From assembly GCA_951801955.1 (NCBI GenBank), contig CATOOV010000012.1:740-64739 (forward strand): DNA of 64,000 nucleotides, written 5' to 3'. The notes below the pieces were generated by a model that saw only the letters and a program-made list of their open reading frames with translations, had not been told where the DNA came from and searched no databases. Position 1 is the first letter of the stretch. Every line of letters starts with the position of its first letter. This DNA comes from an uncultured Lachnospiraceae bacterium. GTDB lineage: Bacteria > Bacillota > Clostridia > Lachnospirales > Lachnospiraceae. Positions 1 to 9,504 of this stretch are shown piece after piece. The position numbers and the translations under genes are program-made.

Positions 1-885
1 CACCTGCCCAATGCTCTCTCCTGTAATCACCCCCAGGGAACCTGTCTCTTGTGCAAAATGCTCTGCAATCCGCATCATATAACGGCGCATAATAATCGTA
101 AGCTCTTCATGGGGGCACATTTCATAAATATACATCTGTATCTCTGTAAAATTTACTACTTTCAGATAGATAGGACCCGTATATTTCGCCACGATCTTTG
201 CCAAATCCACCACTTTCTGTTTGGCACGCTCGCTGGTATAGGGCGGTGCATGAAAGTAGACGGCATCTATCTTTACCCCGCGCTTTGCAACCATATACCC
301 TGCCACTGGGCTGTCAATTCCTCCAGACAAAAGCAGCATCCCTTTTCCATTGGTGCCCACCGGCATACCGCCAGGTCCTGGAATCACTTCCGAATAAATA
401 TTGATCTTTGCACGAATCTCAATATTCACCACAATCTGCGGATTGTGCACATCCACCTTCATCTCAGGAAACGCTTCCAAAATCTTTTCACCCAAAGCAG
501 CATTGATTTCCATAGATCTCATAGGATAATTCTTTCGCGCCCGGCGGGAATTGACTTTAAAGGTTTTTTTCTTATCTGGGTAACGCTTGTCTAAATATTC
601 AATTACCTCTGCCGCAAGCTTTTCAAATCCCTCATCTTCTGCAAGCACCATAGGGCAGATACCCACAATGCCAAATACACAGCGAAGACTCTCAATTACC
701 TCATCATAATCATACCCAGCCAGCGCTTCAATATAGATCCTGCCCTGCTCTTTGGAGATCAAAAAGTCCCCTTCTACTGGTTTTAATGCATATTTTATCT
801 GATGTACCAGCGCATCCTCAAACAGATGGCGGTTTTTTCCCTTAATTCCAATCTCCCCGTATTTTATCAAAAATGCTTTAAACAT
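1..885 (-). CDS. thiI: tRNA 4-thiouridine synthase ThiI, truncated at the window edge
   Basis: Manual translation from the ATG at 885 gives MFKAFLIKYGEIGIKGKNRHLFEDALV, a typical ThiI N-terminus. It lies directly downstream of a cysteine desulfurase. Confidence 0.9.
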   Translation of the reverse strand, partial: MFKAFLIKYGEIGIKGKNRHLFEDALVHQIKYALKPVEGDFLISKEQGRIYIEALAGYDYDEVIESLRCVFGIVGICPMVLAEDEGFEKLAAEVIEYLDKRYPDKKKTFKVNSRRARKNYPMRSMEINAALGEKILEAFPEMKVDVHNPQIVVNIEIRAKINIYSEVIPGPGGMPVGTNGKGMLLLSGGIDSPVAGYMVAKRGVKIDAVYFHAPPYTSERAKQKVVDLAKIVAKYTGPIYLKVVNFTEIQMYIYEMCPHEELTIIMRRYMMRIAEHFAQETGSLGVITGESIGQV

Positions 886-897
886 AAGCTTTCCTTT

Positions 898-2052
898 CTA
901 ATGCCTGGTAAATTTTTGAAGCATGGGCACCAGTTCTTTTAGATTTTTTACACAGTACTCCACTTCCTCCAATGTATTTTCCACACAAAAACTAATGCGC
1001 ACTGTAGAATCCAGATATTCCTTCTTTACCCGGATTGCCGAAAGGGAAGCGCTGAGTGCAGGCTTATTGGAAGCACAGGCGCTGCCCGCTGACACATAAA
1101 TATGGCGTTCCTCCAATGCGTGAAGCAGCACTTCGCTTCGCACGCCGTCCACGCTGAGGCTGACAATATGGGGTGCGCTGTCCCTTCCTGTATATCCATT
1201 GACATGTGCCCATTCCAGCCCTTCCAGCCCCTGGAGCAATGCTTCCTTTAACTGGTATAAATGCTCCTGTTTTGTCTGGAAATCTTCATATGCCTCCTGT
1301 GCCGCCTGTCCCAGCCCTGCAATCCCTGGCACATTTTCTGTGCCGGAACGCATATTTTTCTGCTGCCCGCCGCCAAAAATAATGGGTTTTAGCTTTGTCT
1401 TTTCCCTGACAACTAAAAATCCGCTTCCTTTTGGACCATGAATTTTATGACCGCTGACAGACATCAGGTCAATCCCCATCTTCTTTGGATGAATGACATA
1501 TTTTCCATATGCCTGGATGGCGTCTACATGAAACAATGTGTCAGAATTTTTATCCTTTATCACCTTTCCTGCTTCTGCAATAGGCTCCACCGCGCCAATC
1601 TCATTATTGACATACATGATAGATACCAAAATCGTCTCTGGCGTTACCGCTTCCCTGAGCTGTTCTAAGGAGATGATTCCATTCTGATCCACATCCAAAT
1701 ATGTCACCAAAAACCCTTGTTCTTCCAAAAATTTCATGGGCGCAGATACTGCAGGATGTTCCATTTTCGTAGTGATCAGATGTTTTCCCCTGCGCCGGTT
1801 TGCCAAAGCGGCTCCCAAAATGGCAAGATTATTGGATTCCGTTCCCCCAGAAGTAAAGATCAGCTCTGACTCATTGATTTTCATCGTCTTACAGATCTTT
1901 GCCTTTGCATCCCGGATATACTGCTCTGCTTCCATTCCTTTTCCATGAAGTGAGGAAGGATTGCCAAACTTCTCTGTCAAAGCCTGCACCATAATATTTG
2001 CCGCCCCTTTGGAACAACGGGTAGTCGCTGAATTATCGAAATATACTTCCAT
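898..2052 (-). CDS. iscS: Cysteine desulfurase (IscS/NifS family), probable ThiI partner
   Basis: Motifs YFDNSATT, FTSGGTESNN, SGHKIHGPKG (PLP Lys) and SAGSACAS (catalytic Cys). Confidence 0.9.
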   Translation of the reverse strand: MEVYFDNSATTRCSKGAANIMVQALTEKFGNPSSLHGKGMEAEQYIRDAKAKICKTMKINESELIFTSGGTESNNLAILGAALANRRRGKHLITTKMEHPAVSAPMKFLEEQGFLVTYLDVDQNGIISLEQLREAVTPETILVSIMYVNNEIGAVEPIAEAGKVIKDKNSDTLFHVDAIQAYGKYVIHPKKMGIDLMSVSGHKIHGPKGSGFLVVREKTKLKPIIFGGGQQKNMRSGTENVPGIAGLGQAAQEAYEDFQTKQEHLYQLKEALLQGLEGLEWAHVNGYTGRDSAPHIVSLSVDGVRSEVLLHALEERHIYVSAGSACASNKPALSASLSAIRVKKEYLDSTVRISFCVENTLEEVEYCVKNLKELVPMLQKFTRH

Positions 2053-2061
2053 CGTCTCCTC

Positions 2062-2793
2062 CTAATCCTCCAACGCATAGATCAACATGGAAAGCGCGCA
2101 AAGCCCTGCGGTTTCTGTACGCAGAATACGGCTTCCAAGAGAAACCAATTCCATATTTTCTTTTACCAGTTCAATCTCCTGGGAGGAAAAACCGCCCTCT
2201 GGACCGATAAAAACCCCAACGGAAGCCCCTCTTTTGATCGCCCCAAACACTTCCCTTGTATAAGCCATTCCCCGCTGATTCTCGTAGGGGACAAGACGCA
2301 CATCCAAATTCTTTGCATACTCTGCCGCCGCACCAAACCCCATGGGAATTTCCACCGACGGAATGATGCTGCGCTTGGACTGCTTTGCTGCGCTCTCTGC
2401 AATCGCCTGCCATCTTGCCTGTTTTGCTTTTGCTTTCTTTTCATCAAGCTTCACCACACAATTCCTCATGGCAACCGGAACAATCTGTGATACTCCAAGC
2501 TCCACGGCTTTCTGAATGACCAGCTCCATTTTATCCCCTTTGGGCAGCCCCTGGAACAATGTAATCTTCACTGGAGGCTCCGTACCCTCTGCCTCTTCCA
2601 AAATATGCAGGATAATCTGCTCGCTTACTATCTCACAGATTTCACAGTAGAAATCCCTGCCCTCCGTATCGCTGACGCGCACACGTTCCCCGCTCTTCAT
2701 GCGCAGGACGTTTCGGATATGGTTCACATCCTTGCCCATAATCATAATATCCCTGCCGCAAATCTGCTTCTGATCTACAAAAAACTGAAACAT
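2062..2793 (-). CDS. rsmE: 16S rRNA m3U1498 methyltransferase RsmE
   Basis: Motifs HIRNVLRM, QKAVELGV, IGPEGGF and LGSRILRTETA; downstream of prmA. Confidence 0.95.
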   Translation of the reverse strand: MFQFFVDQKQICGRDIMIMGKDVNHIRNVLRMKSGERVRVSDTEGRDFYCEICEIVSEQIILHILEEAEGTEPPVKITLFQGLPKGDKMELVIQKAVELGVSQIVPVAMRNCVVKLDEKKAKAKQARWQAIAESAAKQSKRSIIPSVEIPMGFGAAAEYAKNLDVRLVPYENQRGMAYTREVFGAIKRGASVGVFIGPEGGFSSQEIELVKENMELVSLGSRILRTETAGLCALSMLIYALED

Positions 2794-2808
2794 TTGTCTG
2801 CTCCTGTC

Positions 2809-3756
2809 CTATTTTCTTGCCGTAATACTGACCCATTCGCCCTGATGGTGAATTTCCAAAATCTCAAGCCCTGCCTCCAAAATTGCCTGCGTTACCACTT
2901 CCTCTTTAAAATCAATAATCCCGCTGGTAATATAGATTCCGCCTGGTTTTAGGTGGCTTGGAATCAAAGGCGTCAGCAGAATAATCACATCGGCAAGGAT
3001 ATTCGCAACTATTAAATCATATCCTCCGCCTACTTTTCCTTGAAGCTCCCGGTCATCAATCAGGTTCCCATGATATAAATTGATATTTTCTTCCGAAAGA
3101 TAGTTGACATTTATATTATCTGCGGCAGCCTGCATACATACGGGATCAATATCCGTCCCGGTAACGCTGCCGGCGCCTAACTTCAGACAGATTAAGGATA
3201 AAATGCCGCTTCCGCATCCTACATCCAGTACCTTGTCTGATTCTCTCAAATATTTGGAAATCTGCCGGATACAAAGCTGCGTGGTCTCATGTTTTCCTGT
3301 CCCAAAAGAAGTTCCTGGGTCGATCTCAATGATACAGCGATAACCGTTTTCCTGCGGCGGCTTTTCCCAGGTGGGCTTAATGTAGATATCCTCAATGGCA
3401 AAGGGTTTGAAATATTGTTTCCAGTTGTTGATCCAGTCTTTATCCTCGGTCTCTGCCTGGCTAACCTTCCCTGTCCCTATATCTATATACCTGCGCATAC
3501 GTTCCAGCTCTTTTTCGATCTGAGCAGCAAGCCCTTCCTGTTCATGATCTGCGTCCAAAAAGAAACTGACATAGGCAATCCCATCATCTTTGGGAAGCTC
3601 TGGCAAGATATCAATATACATTTTTTCTTTGTCTTCCAAAGAAAGCGGCACATTGTCCTCAATCTGGACGCCCTCTACCCCAAAGTCAGCCAGCATACAA
3701 CTGATAAAATCCTCTGCCTGGGTGGTTGTCTGAATGGTGTATTTCTTCCATTTCAT
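2809..3756 (-). CDS. prmA: Ribosomal protein L11 methyltransferase PrmA
   Basis: Motifs IDPGTSFGTGKHETT, VLDVGCGSGIL and ANILA. Start placed at MKWKK (3756), which has GGAGG upstream. Confidence 0.95.
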   Translation of the reverse strand: MKWKKYTIQTTTQAEDFISCMLADFGVEGVQIEDNVPLSLEDKEKMYIDILPELPKDDGIAYVSFFLDADHEQEGLAAQIEKELERMRRYIDIGTGKVSQAETEDKDWINNWKQYFKPFAIEDIYIKPTWEKPPQENGYRCIIEIDPGTSFGTGKHETTQLCIRQISKYLRESDKVLDVGCGSGILSLICLKLGAGSVTGTDIDPVCMQAAADNINVNYLSEENINLYHGNLIDDRELQGKVGGGYDLIVANILADVIILLTPLIPSHLKPGGIYITSGIIDFKEEVVTQAILEAGLEILEIHHQGEWVSITARK

Positions 3757-3767
3757 AATTTCCTCCA

Positions 3768-4742
3768 TCAAATCTGGTTTAAATCCTCTGCCAACTGCAC
3801 GCTGAACATCGCCGCCTGATCTGCGTTCATATGCCCCTCATAGTCACTGAAGGCTTCCAGACTGTAATCAAAATTTTTTATTTTACGTTCTGGGAGATTA
3901 TAATTTATAAATACTACTCCCTGTTCCTCTAGATAAGAACTGAAATAAGTATCCAGTTCCTGATATTTTTTCTGATGCTTTTCCAATGTCTTCTCTGGTA
4001 CTGGCGTGACAATTACCACCAATTCAATGTCCTTATCCCTGCAGAAACCGGCAAGCTTTTCAAAATATCGGAAAGAATCCTCATTTTTATTTTCTTCTGT
4101 CCACAGCTCCAATTTTTCCTCTGGTTTTGTCTGGAATACCGGGGTATTCTGCATAAACCAGTCCCGATAGCCCTGTGCCGGGCTTTGGAATGCCGCGATC
4201 CCATATTTCTTATAATCTTCACTCTGTTTACAGGCGATAATTTCTTTGACCTTTCCCATTTGCCCCCGATAATAAAACCAAGGAAAGAGCGTGGCACGAA
4301 AATCCAGCTCCAACATTTTTGCGGCAGTGTATTCCAATTTTACGAAAGACCAGGGCATCTCATAATATATTCGGTTAAAATCCCCTCTCTGTCCTTCCTG
4401 GGTGCACCAGTACCCCGCATCCAATTCGTACACGACCCGCTTGGGAACACTCTTTTTACATACCTGTTTTAAGAAGTAGTAGGCATCCCTGGGATATTCC
4501 CCTCCCATGCACAAATTCATACAGTTCCTTCCCGTATGCTCCTCCACCACGTTAGGACTGATTCCATTCAGCCCATGGGAAGTACCTAGGAAGATTGTAT
4601 CGTATTCCTCTACAGCAATCTGGTGCATCATCACACGCACATAACTATAGGGCACCAATGCATAATTCATTACCAAATTTGCCGCTGTCAGAATCAGTAC
4701 AATGCCTAACACTTGCAGAATGATTTTCTTAAAACTGCGCAT
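3768..4742 (-). CDS. Membrane-anchored SGNH-like (DltD/AlgJ/PatB-type) extracellular acyltransferase
   Basis: One N-terminal TM helix, block I-like IFLGTSHG and C-terminal D-x3-H (DYEGHMN). It overlaps the 3' end of the MBOAT gene. Confidence 0.7.
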   Translation of the reverse strand: MRSFKKIILQVLGIVLILTAANLVMNYALVPYSYVRVMMHQIAVEEYDTIFLGTSHGLNGISPNVVEEHTGRNCMNLCMGGEYPRDAYYFLKQVCKKSVPKRVVYELDAGYWCTQEGQRGDFNRIYYEMPWSFVKLEYTAAKMLELDFRATLFPWFYYRGQMGKVKEIIACKQSEDYKKYGIAAFQSPAQGYRDWFMQNTPVFQTKPEEKLELWTEENKNEDSFRYFEKLAGFCRDKDIELVVIVTPVPEKTLEKHQKKYQELDTYFSSYLEEQGVVFINYNLPERKIKNFDYSLEAFSDYEGHMNADQAAMFSVQLAEDLNQI

Positions 4743-6264
4743 AAATAAATCCTCCCGCCTCTCCTGCCGGCTGTCCCAAAGCCGGAAGCAGCAAAATCAA
4801 TCCCGCAAACAACATACATTTCAAAATCCAATGCTGTTTTACGTAAAATCCTTCCAGATCCCTGCCCTGTTCCATAAGCAAACTAACGATAAATACCGCC
4901 AGACAGCCCAAAAGGATCACCATAAGAAAAATAAATGTATAGGTTGTCCCGCTCGCCTCCCCGATCTGGATGGTGAGAATTTGTGACAAGTCAAACCGTG
5001 TCACTGCATATTTCATCATGCGAAATGCCGACTCTACATCATAGGCACGGTCGAAAAACCAACTGATATTCACCAACAGGAAAGTCCTTAAAATCTGAAA
5101 CAAATGAAACCCTTTGCTGTTGTCAGAAATATGGAGCGCCTGCTTCCATTTGCGGTATCTTGGAGCCATCAGACCACTGAATGCAATAATCAAACCATTA
5201 TACATGCCATAAAAAATAAATTTCCATGCGGCGCCATGCCAGATACCTACCACCAAAAACACGATGATATTTGCAAGGCAGATGGGCAGGACCCGTCCTG
5301 TCTGCTTGCCAAACACCTTTTTGGCAAATTTCGAAAAATGCCTCATCCAGCCAGACAGTGATACGGGATAAAACACATAATCTTTCATCCATGTACCCAG
5401 GGTAATATGCCAGCGGTGCCAGAAATCCGTAATGGAAACAGCAAAATAAGGACGTTTGAAGTTCTCGTCCATTTCAATCCCAAATAATCCTGCAATGCCG
5501 ATGACTACATCCATTCCGCCGGAAAAATCACAGTAAAGCTGGATACTGTAGGCAAGAGCCCCTGCAATGGCAAGCCCAGAATACAGCGTGGGATCCTCAA
5601 AAATAGCATCCACAAAGATCACTGCGTTATCTGCAATCACCATTTTCTTAAAATATCCCCATAAAATTCGAAGAAGGCTCAGCTCAATCCGTCTTCCATC
5701 AAAAGAATGGGACGCAAAAAGCTGTGTTCCAAGACGCTCAAACCGTCCGATGGGACCTTGCAGAATTTGGGGAAAGAAGGAGACAAACAAGGCAAAACGG
5801 AACAGGTTATGTTCCGCCTTCGTTCTCTCCCAATATAGATCAAGAATATATCCCATGGACTGAAAGGTATAAAATGAAATACCCAAGGGCAAAAGCAAAT
5901 CCAATTCGCCCTGGCTGCTTCCAAACACCATATTTACGGTCCTTATGGCAAAATTTGAATACTTCAGCACAGCAAGCATACCAAAATTCAACAACAATGC
6001 CGTAACCAGAACCTGTCTTTTTTTCCGCCTGCATACAAACCTGTCTTGTTCTGCCTGTGCCACCTTCTCTAAAAGAACTCCTGCCATCCAGGTTGTCACC
6101 GTGGTAAATACCAAAAAACAAGTAACTTTGACTCCTCCGGTGACATAGTAAATATAACTGAACACAAGAAGCCAAACCCATTGGAATTTCTTGGGAATCA
6201 GGTAATATCCTGCTGCCGCCACAAGCACAAGCAGCAGAAATTCCATTGAAATCAGCGACATCAT
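4729..6264 (-). CDS. MBOAT family O-acyltransferase (DltB/AlgI/PatA type)
   Basis: Motifs LPLGISFYTFQ, FFPQILQGPI, DFWHRWHITL and GIWHG (catalytic His); C-terminus GGFIYAQF. Confidence 0.93.
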   Translation of the reverse strand: MMSLISMEFLLLVLVAAAGYYLIPKKFQWVWLLVFSYIYYVTGGVKVTCFLVFTTVTTWMAGVLLEKVAQAEQDRFVCRRKKRQVLVTALLLNFGMLAVLKYSNFAIRTVNMVFGSSQGELDLLLPLGISFYTFQSMGYILDLYWERTKAEHNLFRFALFVSFFPQILQGPIGRFERLGTQLFASHSFDGRRIELSLLRILWGYFKKMVIADNAVIFVDAIFEDPTLYSGLAIAGALAYSIQLYCDFSGGMDVVIGIAGLFGIEMDENFKRPYFAVSITDFWHRWHITLGTWMKDYVFYPVSLSGWMRHFSKFAKKVFGKQTGRVLPICLANIIVFLVVGIWHGAAWKFIFYGMYNGLIIAFSGLMAPRYRKWKQALHISDNSKGFHLFQILRTFLLVNISWFFDRAYDVESAFRMMKYAVTRFDLSQILTIQIGEASGTTYTFIFLMVILLGCLAVFIVSLLMEQGRDLEGFYVKQHWILKCMLFAGLILLLPALGQPAGEAGGFIYAQF

Positions 6265-6277
6265 ACACCGTCCTATC

Positions 6278-6502
6278 CTACTGTAATCTTTGTACCATTG
6301 CCCACAGTGCTTTTGCTGAATTAAAATTTTCCGGGATTACTTCAGAAGGTGTGATTGTAATTCCAAACTCATCCTGCAACTCACTGACAATGGAAAGGAT
6401 CGCAAAGGAATCCAAAATTCCATCATCAATCAATGTTTCACAATTTTCAAAATCTGCATCTGGCTGAATATCTTCTAAAATTTCCAATAACTTTTCCATC
6501 AT
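6278..6502 (-). CDS. Acyl/aminoacyl carrier protein (DltC-like)
   Basis: 74 aa, acidic, with the phosphopantetheine site GILDSF. Confidence 0.9.
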   Translation of the reverse strand: MMEKLLEILEDIQPDADFENCETLIDDGILDSFAILSIVSELQDEFGITITPSEVIPENFNSAKALWAMVQRLQ

Positions 6503-6649
6503 TCTCTTTCCTTTCTATCTCAATATGTTCTGTTTGATCTTTACAAATTCCAAAGGAGAAACCTTTGGCACAATCTCCATTAAAACCTGCAATTCATAAG
6601 CTCTTTATTTTGTACTTCCATCTATCCTACAATGCAAGAACGCCACCAA

Positions 6650-7894
6650 TTATGTTTCTATTGCCGGACCGTTCAGCATGTCTGTAGGCTGTGACTTGCG
6701 AAGGCAGCGAACCCCCTGCTTTTTGGAATAGCACAGCACACTGGGAAGATCCCTGCTTAAAAAGAGATTAATCCCTTCTGTCACAGAGTAAGCCCCCGTC
6801 CGCTCAAACACAAGCACATCCCCCACCTGGACGCCAGTCAGGGGAAGCTGTTTTACAATCACGTCTGCTGTCGTACATAAGGATCCGCAGATATTCCACT
6901 TTTCTTCTGTCTGCGTTCCAGGTTTTTGTACACCAGGCATCGCGGCAAGCTGTACCATTCCCTGATTCCATGCGGCGCCGCCCCTGGAAATATGCTGTAC
7001 AAAAGGAAGTTTCATCGCCATGGTCTGACCATAATAGTTTATATGGTGGATTCCGCCATCCACAATTCCATAAATTTGTCCGCCAGTCTCTTTCCTCTCT
7101 ACAAGGGTAGTCAAAAAACTACCGCAGTCTGCTGTCAGAAACCTTCCCATTTCCAGCGTAACCTTGCCCTGGAATTTCATTTGACGTATGAATTCCATAA
7201 AGTCCTTTAGCTGTTCCTCCAAGCACTCCTTGGAATCTGTCTGAAAATATGGCACACAAAAACCAGGTCCATATTCCAGTTCTGAGATCTGGGCTCCCTG
7301 CTTTTGAAGCTCCAAAATCCATCCGTCTAATTTCTCTAATTCCCTCTGAATCATTGCCAGCTTTTTCTGGGTTCCAGAATAATACTGGATTCCAAGAAGT
7401 CTCAGCCCTGGATATTTTTCCTTGCTGGCAAACACTTCCTTTGCCTGCTCAAAATCCACACCAAACTGATTTCCGCTGCTGATTCGCACCAACACTTTTA
7501 ACGGGTACCCAGATTCCCGTGCACATGAGGCAAGCAGTTCCAACTGCTGCAAGGATTCCACAGTAAAAATTCCCCGCCCCTGATATTTTGCTGCAATCCG
7601 AAACATATCCGCTGGTTCCTTATTGACACCAGAAATCACCAGATGTTCTATGGGAAGTTTTTGTCTTTCACAGATACGGAATTCTCCGGGAGAGCACACT
7701 TCAAACCTCTCCACCAGCCCTTCCATGGCGCCTACAAGAAAAGGATTTGCTTTCATGGCATAACACAGCTTGACCTGCTTTTGCTGCAAACATTTTTGAA
7801 TTGTCTCTACTCGTTCACGCAATACATCCAAATCAAACACATAGGCAGGTGTGGCATATTCCCTTAAAATTTCTTCTATTGTCTGCGTATTCAT
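6650..7894 (-). CDS. PLP-dependent fold-type III decarboxylase (DAP/ornithine decarboxylase superfamily, divergent)
   Basis: Motifs TPAYVFD, CYAMKAN (PLP Lys), EMGRF, VDGGIHH, GSLCTTADV and GAYS. The usual H-x-G-S-Q reads YYSGTQ here. Confidence 0.85.
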   Translation of the reverse strand: MNTQTIEEILREYATPAYVFDLDVLRERVETIQKCLQQKQVKLCYAMKANPFLVGAMEGLVERFEVCSPGEFRICERQKLPIEHLVISGVNKEPADMFRIAAKYQGRGIFTVESLQQLELLASCARESGYPLKVLVRISSGNQFGVDFEQAKEVFASKEKYPGLRLLGIQYYSGTQKKLAMIQRELEKLDGWILELQKQGAQISELEYGPGFCVPYFQTDSKECLEEQLKDFMEFIRQMKFQGKVTLEMGRFLTADCGSFLTTLVERKETGGQIYGIVDGGIHHINYYGQTMAMKLPFVQHISRGGAAWNQGMVQLAAMPGVQKPGTQTEEKWNICGSLCTTADVIVKQLPLTGVQVGDVLVFERTGAYSVTEGINLFLSRDLPSVLCYSKKQGVRCLRKSQPTDMLNGPAIET

Positions 7895-9453
7895 CCCTGC
7901 TCCTCCTGATACGATTTTCTCAATGCCTCCCTGTCAATCTTACCATTTTTGGTAATGGGAAGCCGCTGCCTGCTGCAAAATATATTTGGAATCATAAACG
8001 TTGGAAGCTGTGTGCGCAATACGCGGACAATCTCCCTTTTCTGCACATCGCCCTCATAAAAGGCAATGAGCTTTGAGGAAGCTTCATCAAACAGGCAGCA
8101 CACCCTTTGAATTTGTTCCACCCGCTCCATTGCCGCCTCAATCTCTCCCAACTCAATCCGGTGTCCCATATGCTTTATCTGAAAATCTTTCCGGGTGGCA
8201 TAACACAGCTCGCCCTGTTCATTATAATACCCCAAATCTCCGGTCCTGTAAATCTTTTCCAGATAATGGGCGTTTAACGGATTTTGGACAAATGCTTTCT
8301 GTGTCTGTTCCGGGTTATTGTAGTACCCCAAAGACAGGGCGGTACCACCCACACAGATTTCTCCTCGGACGCCTGGCGCCTCCACCAGCTTGTCCTTGTC
8401 ATCTAACAGGAACACTTTCTCATTTTGAAAGGGCCTTCCAATCGGAATCACCTCGCCAGGACAAAACTCACGGTCAATGATATAATACGTACAATTACAT
8501 GTGATCTCTGTAGGTCCATAAAGGTTTACATACATGGCATCTGGCAGATAACTTCGCCAGATATTAAAATGACGCACTGGCATCACTTCCCCGCTGAACA
8601 ACACTTTGTTCACGGTCTCTGGCACTTTATAGGTAAAACCATTCAATTCGCTGACAATACACAGTGCGGAAACTGCCCAGATCAAGGTAGTCACCTGCCG
8701 TTCACACAGGTAATCCAATAACTGTGTGGGAAAAGAAAATGCACGTTTTGGAATAATCTGCATAGTAGCTCCCGTTTTCAGGGTACTATAGATATCCTTT
8801 ACCGATACGTCAAAATCAAAAGGCGCCTGGTTTCCAATCACATCCGCATCCGTAATATGGAAATTTTCTGTAAAATAATTGATAAAATCAATTACCGACC
8901 GATGGCTGACTACCACCCCTTTGGGAACCCCAGTAGAACCAGAAGTAAAAATTCCATACAGCGGCGCTGTATCTGTCATACGCCTTCGAATATTGTCAAG
9001 GGTTTCCCTGGATACAGCGGCGTGTTCCAACTCCTGTAAATCCAATACCTGAAAACCTTTCTCTGGATTTCCTGCCATTCGAAGGCTGTCCAACTTTTTT
9101 TCTTCCTTGATATTTGTAATCACCAAAGGCTGCTCCAAAGTTTCCAGAATCTGGGCAATCCTCTGTCTCGGCTGCGTCACATCCAGCATCACATAAAAAC
9201 AGCCGGCTGAGACAATTCCCATAAATGTTGCTACTGCATCTACGCCCTTTTCCATCCACACTGCTATGGGAACTCCTTGCTGCACCTGCCCTGCCAGTGC
9301 ACTGCCGATTTTATCTGCCCGTTCCTTCAATTCCTTCCAAGTACAGGAATTTTTTTCATCTGCAAAAGCTGTCTTGTCTGGATATTTTTCTGCCGACTGT
9401 TCTAAATAATCTAATACATTTACCATTTTTCTGTCACCAATCTGTCTTGTCAT
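7891..9453 (-). CDS. Stand-alone amino acid adenylation enzyme (DltA/NRPS A-domain-like); alternative start at 9426
   Basis: A3 FTSGSTGVPKG, A4 FDFDVS, A5 NLYGPTE, A7 YRTGDL, A8 GHRIELGEIE and A10 PITKNGKIDR. Confidence 0.92.
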   Translation of the reverse strand: MTRQIGDRKMVNVLDYLEQSAEKYPDKTAFADEKNSCTWKELKERADKIGSALAGQVQQGVPIAVWMEKGVDAVATFMGIVSAGCFYVMLDVTQPRQRIAQILETLEQPLVITNIKEEKKLDSLRMAGNPEKGFQVLDLQELEHAAVSRETLDNIRRRMTDTAPLYGIFTSGSTGVPKGVVVSHRSVIDFINYFTENFHITDADVIGNQAPFDFDVSVKDIYSTLKTGATMQIIPKRAFSFPTQLLDYLCERQVTTLIWAVSALCIVSELNGFTYKVPETVNKVLFSGEVMPVRHFNIWRSYLPDAMYVNLYGPTEITCNCTYYIIDREFCPGEVIPIGRPFQNEKVFLLDDKDKLVEAPGVRGEICVGGTALSLGYYNNPEQTQKAFVQNPLNAHYLEKIYRTGDLGYYNEQGELCYATRKDFQIKHMGHRIELGEIEAAMERVEQIQRVCCLFDEASSKLIAFYEGDVQKREIVRVLRTQLPTFMIPNIFCSRQRLPITKNGKIDREALRKSYQEEQG

Positions 9454-9504
9454 ATTCCCCAGCTTTTTCCTATTAACTGGGCTTTTTACTTACTTTCCCA
9501 ATGA

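Noticed and set aside
49-594. 181-aa plus-strand ORF
   Set aside because: Antisense shadow of thiI, which the ORF track missed because it runs off the window.
6650-7894. Calling the PLP enzyme housekeeping lysA
   Set aside because: The HIGSQ motif is altered and the gene overlaps the adenylation gene rather than sitting with lysine pathway genes. DAP activity is not excluded but is unsupported.
3768-9453. Calling the cluster a canonical dltABCD operon
   Set aside because: It has an extra PLP enzyme, an AlgI-length MBOAT with a fused Tyr motif and non-DltA pocket residues, so dlt symbols were withheld.
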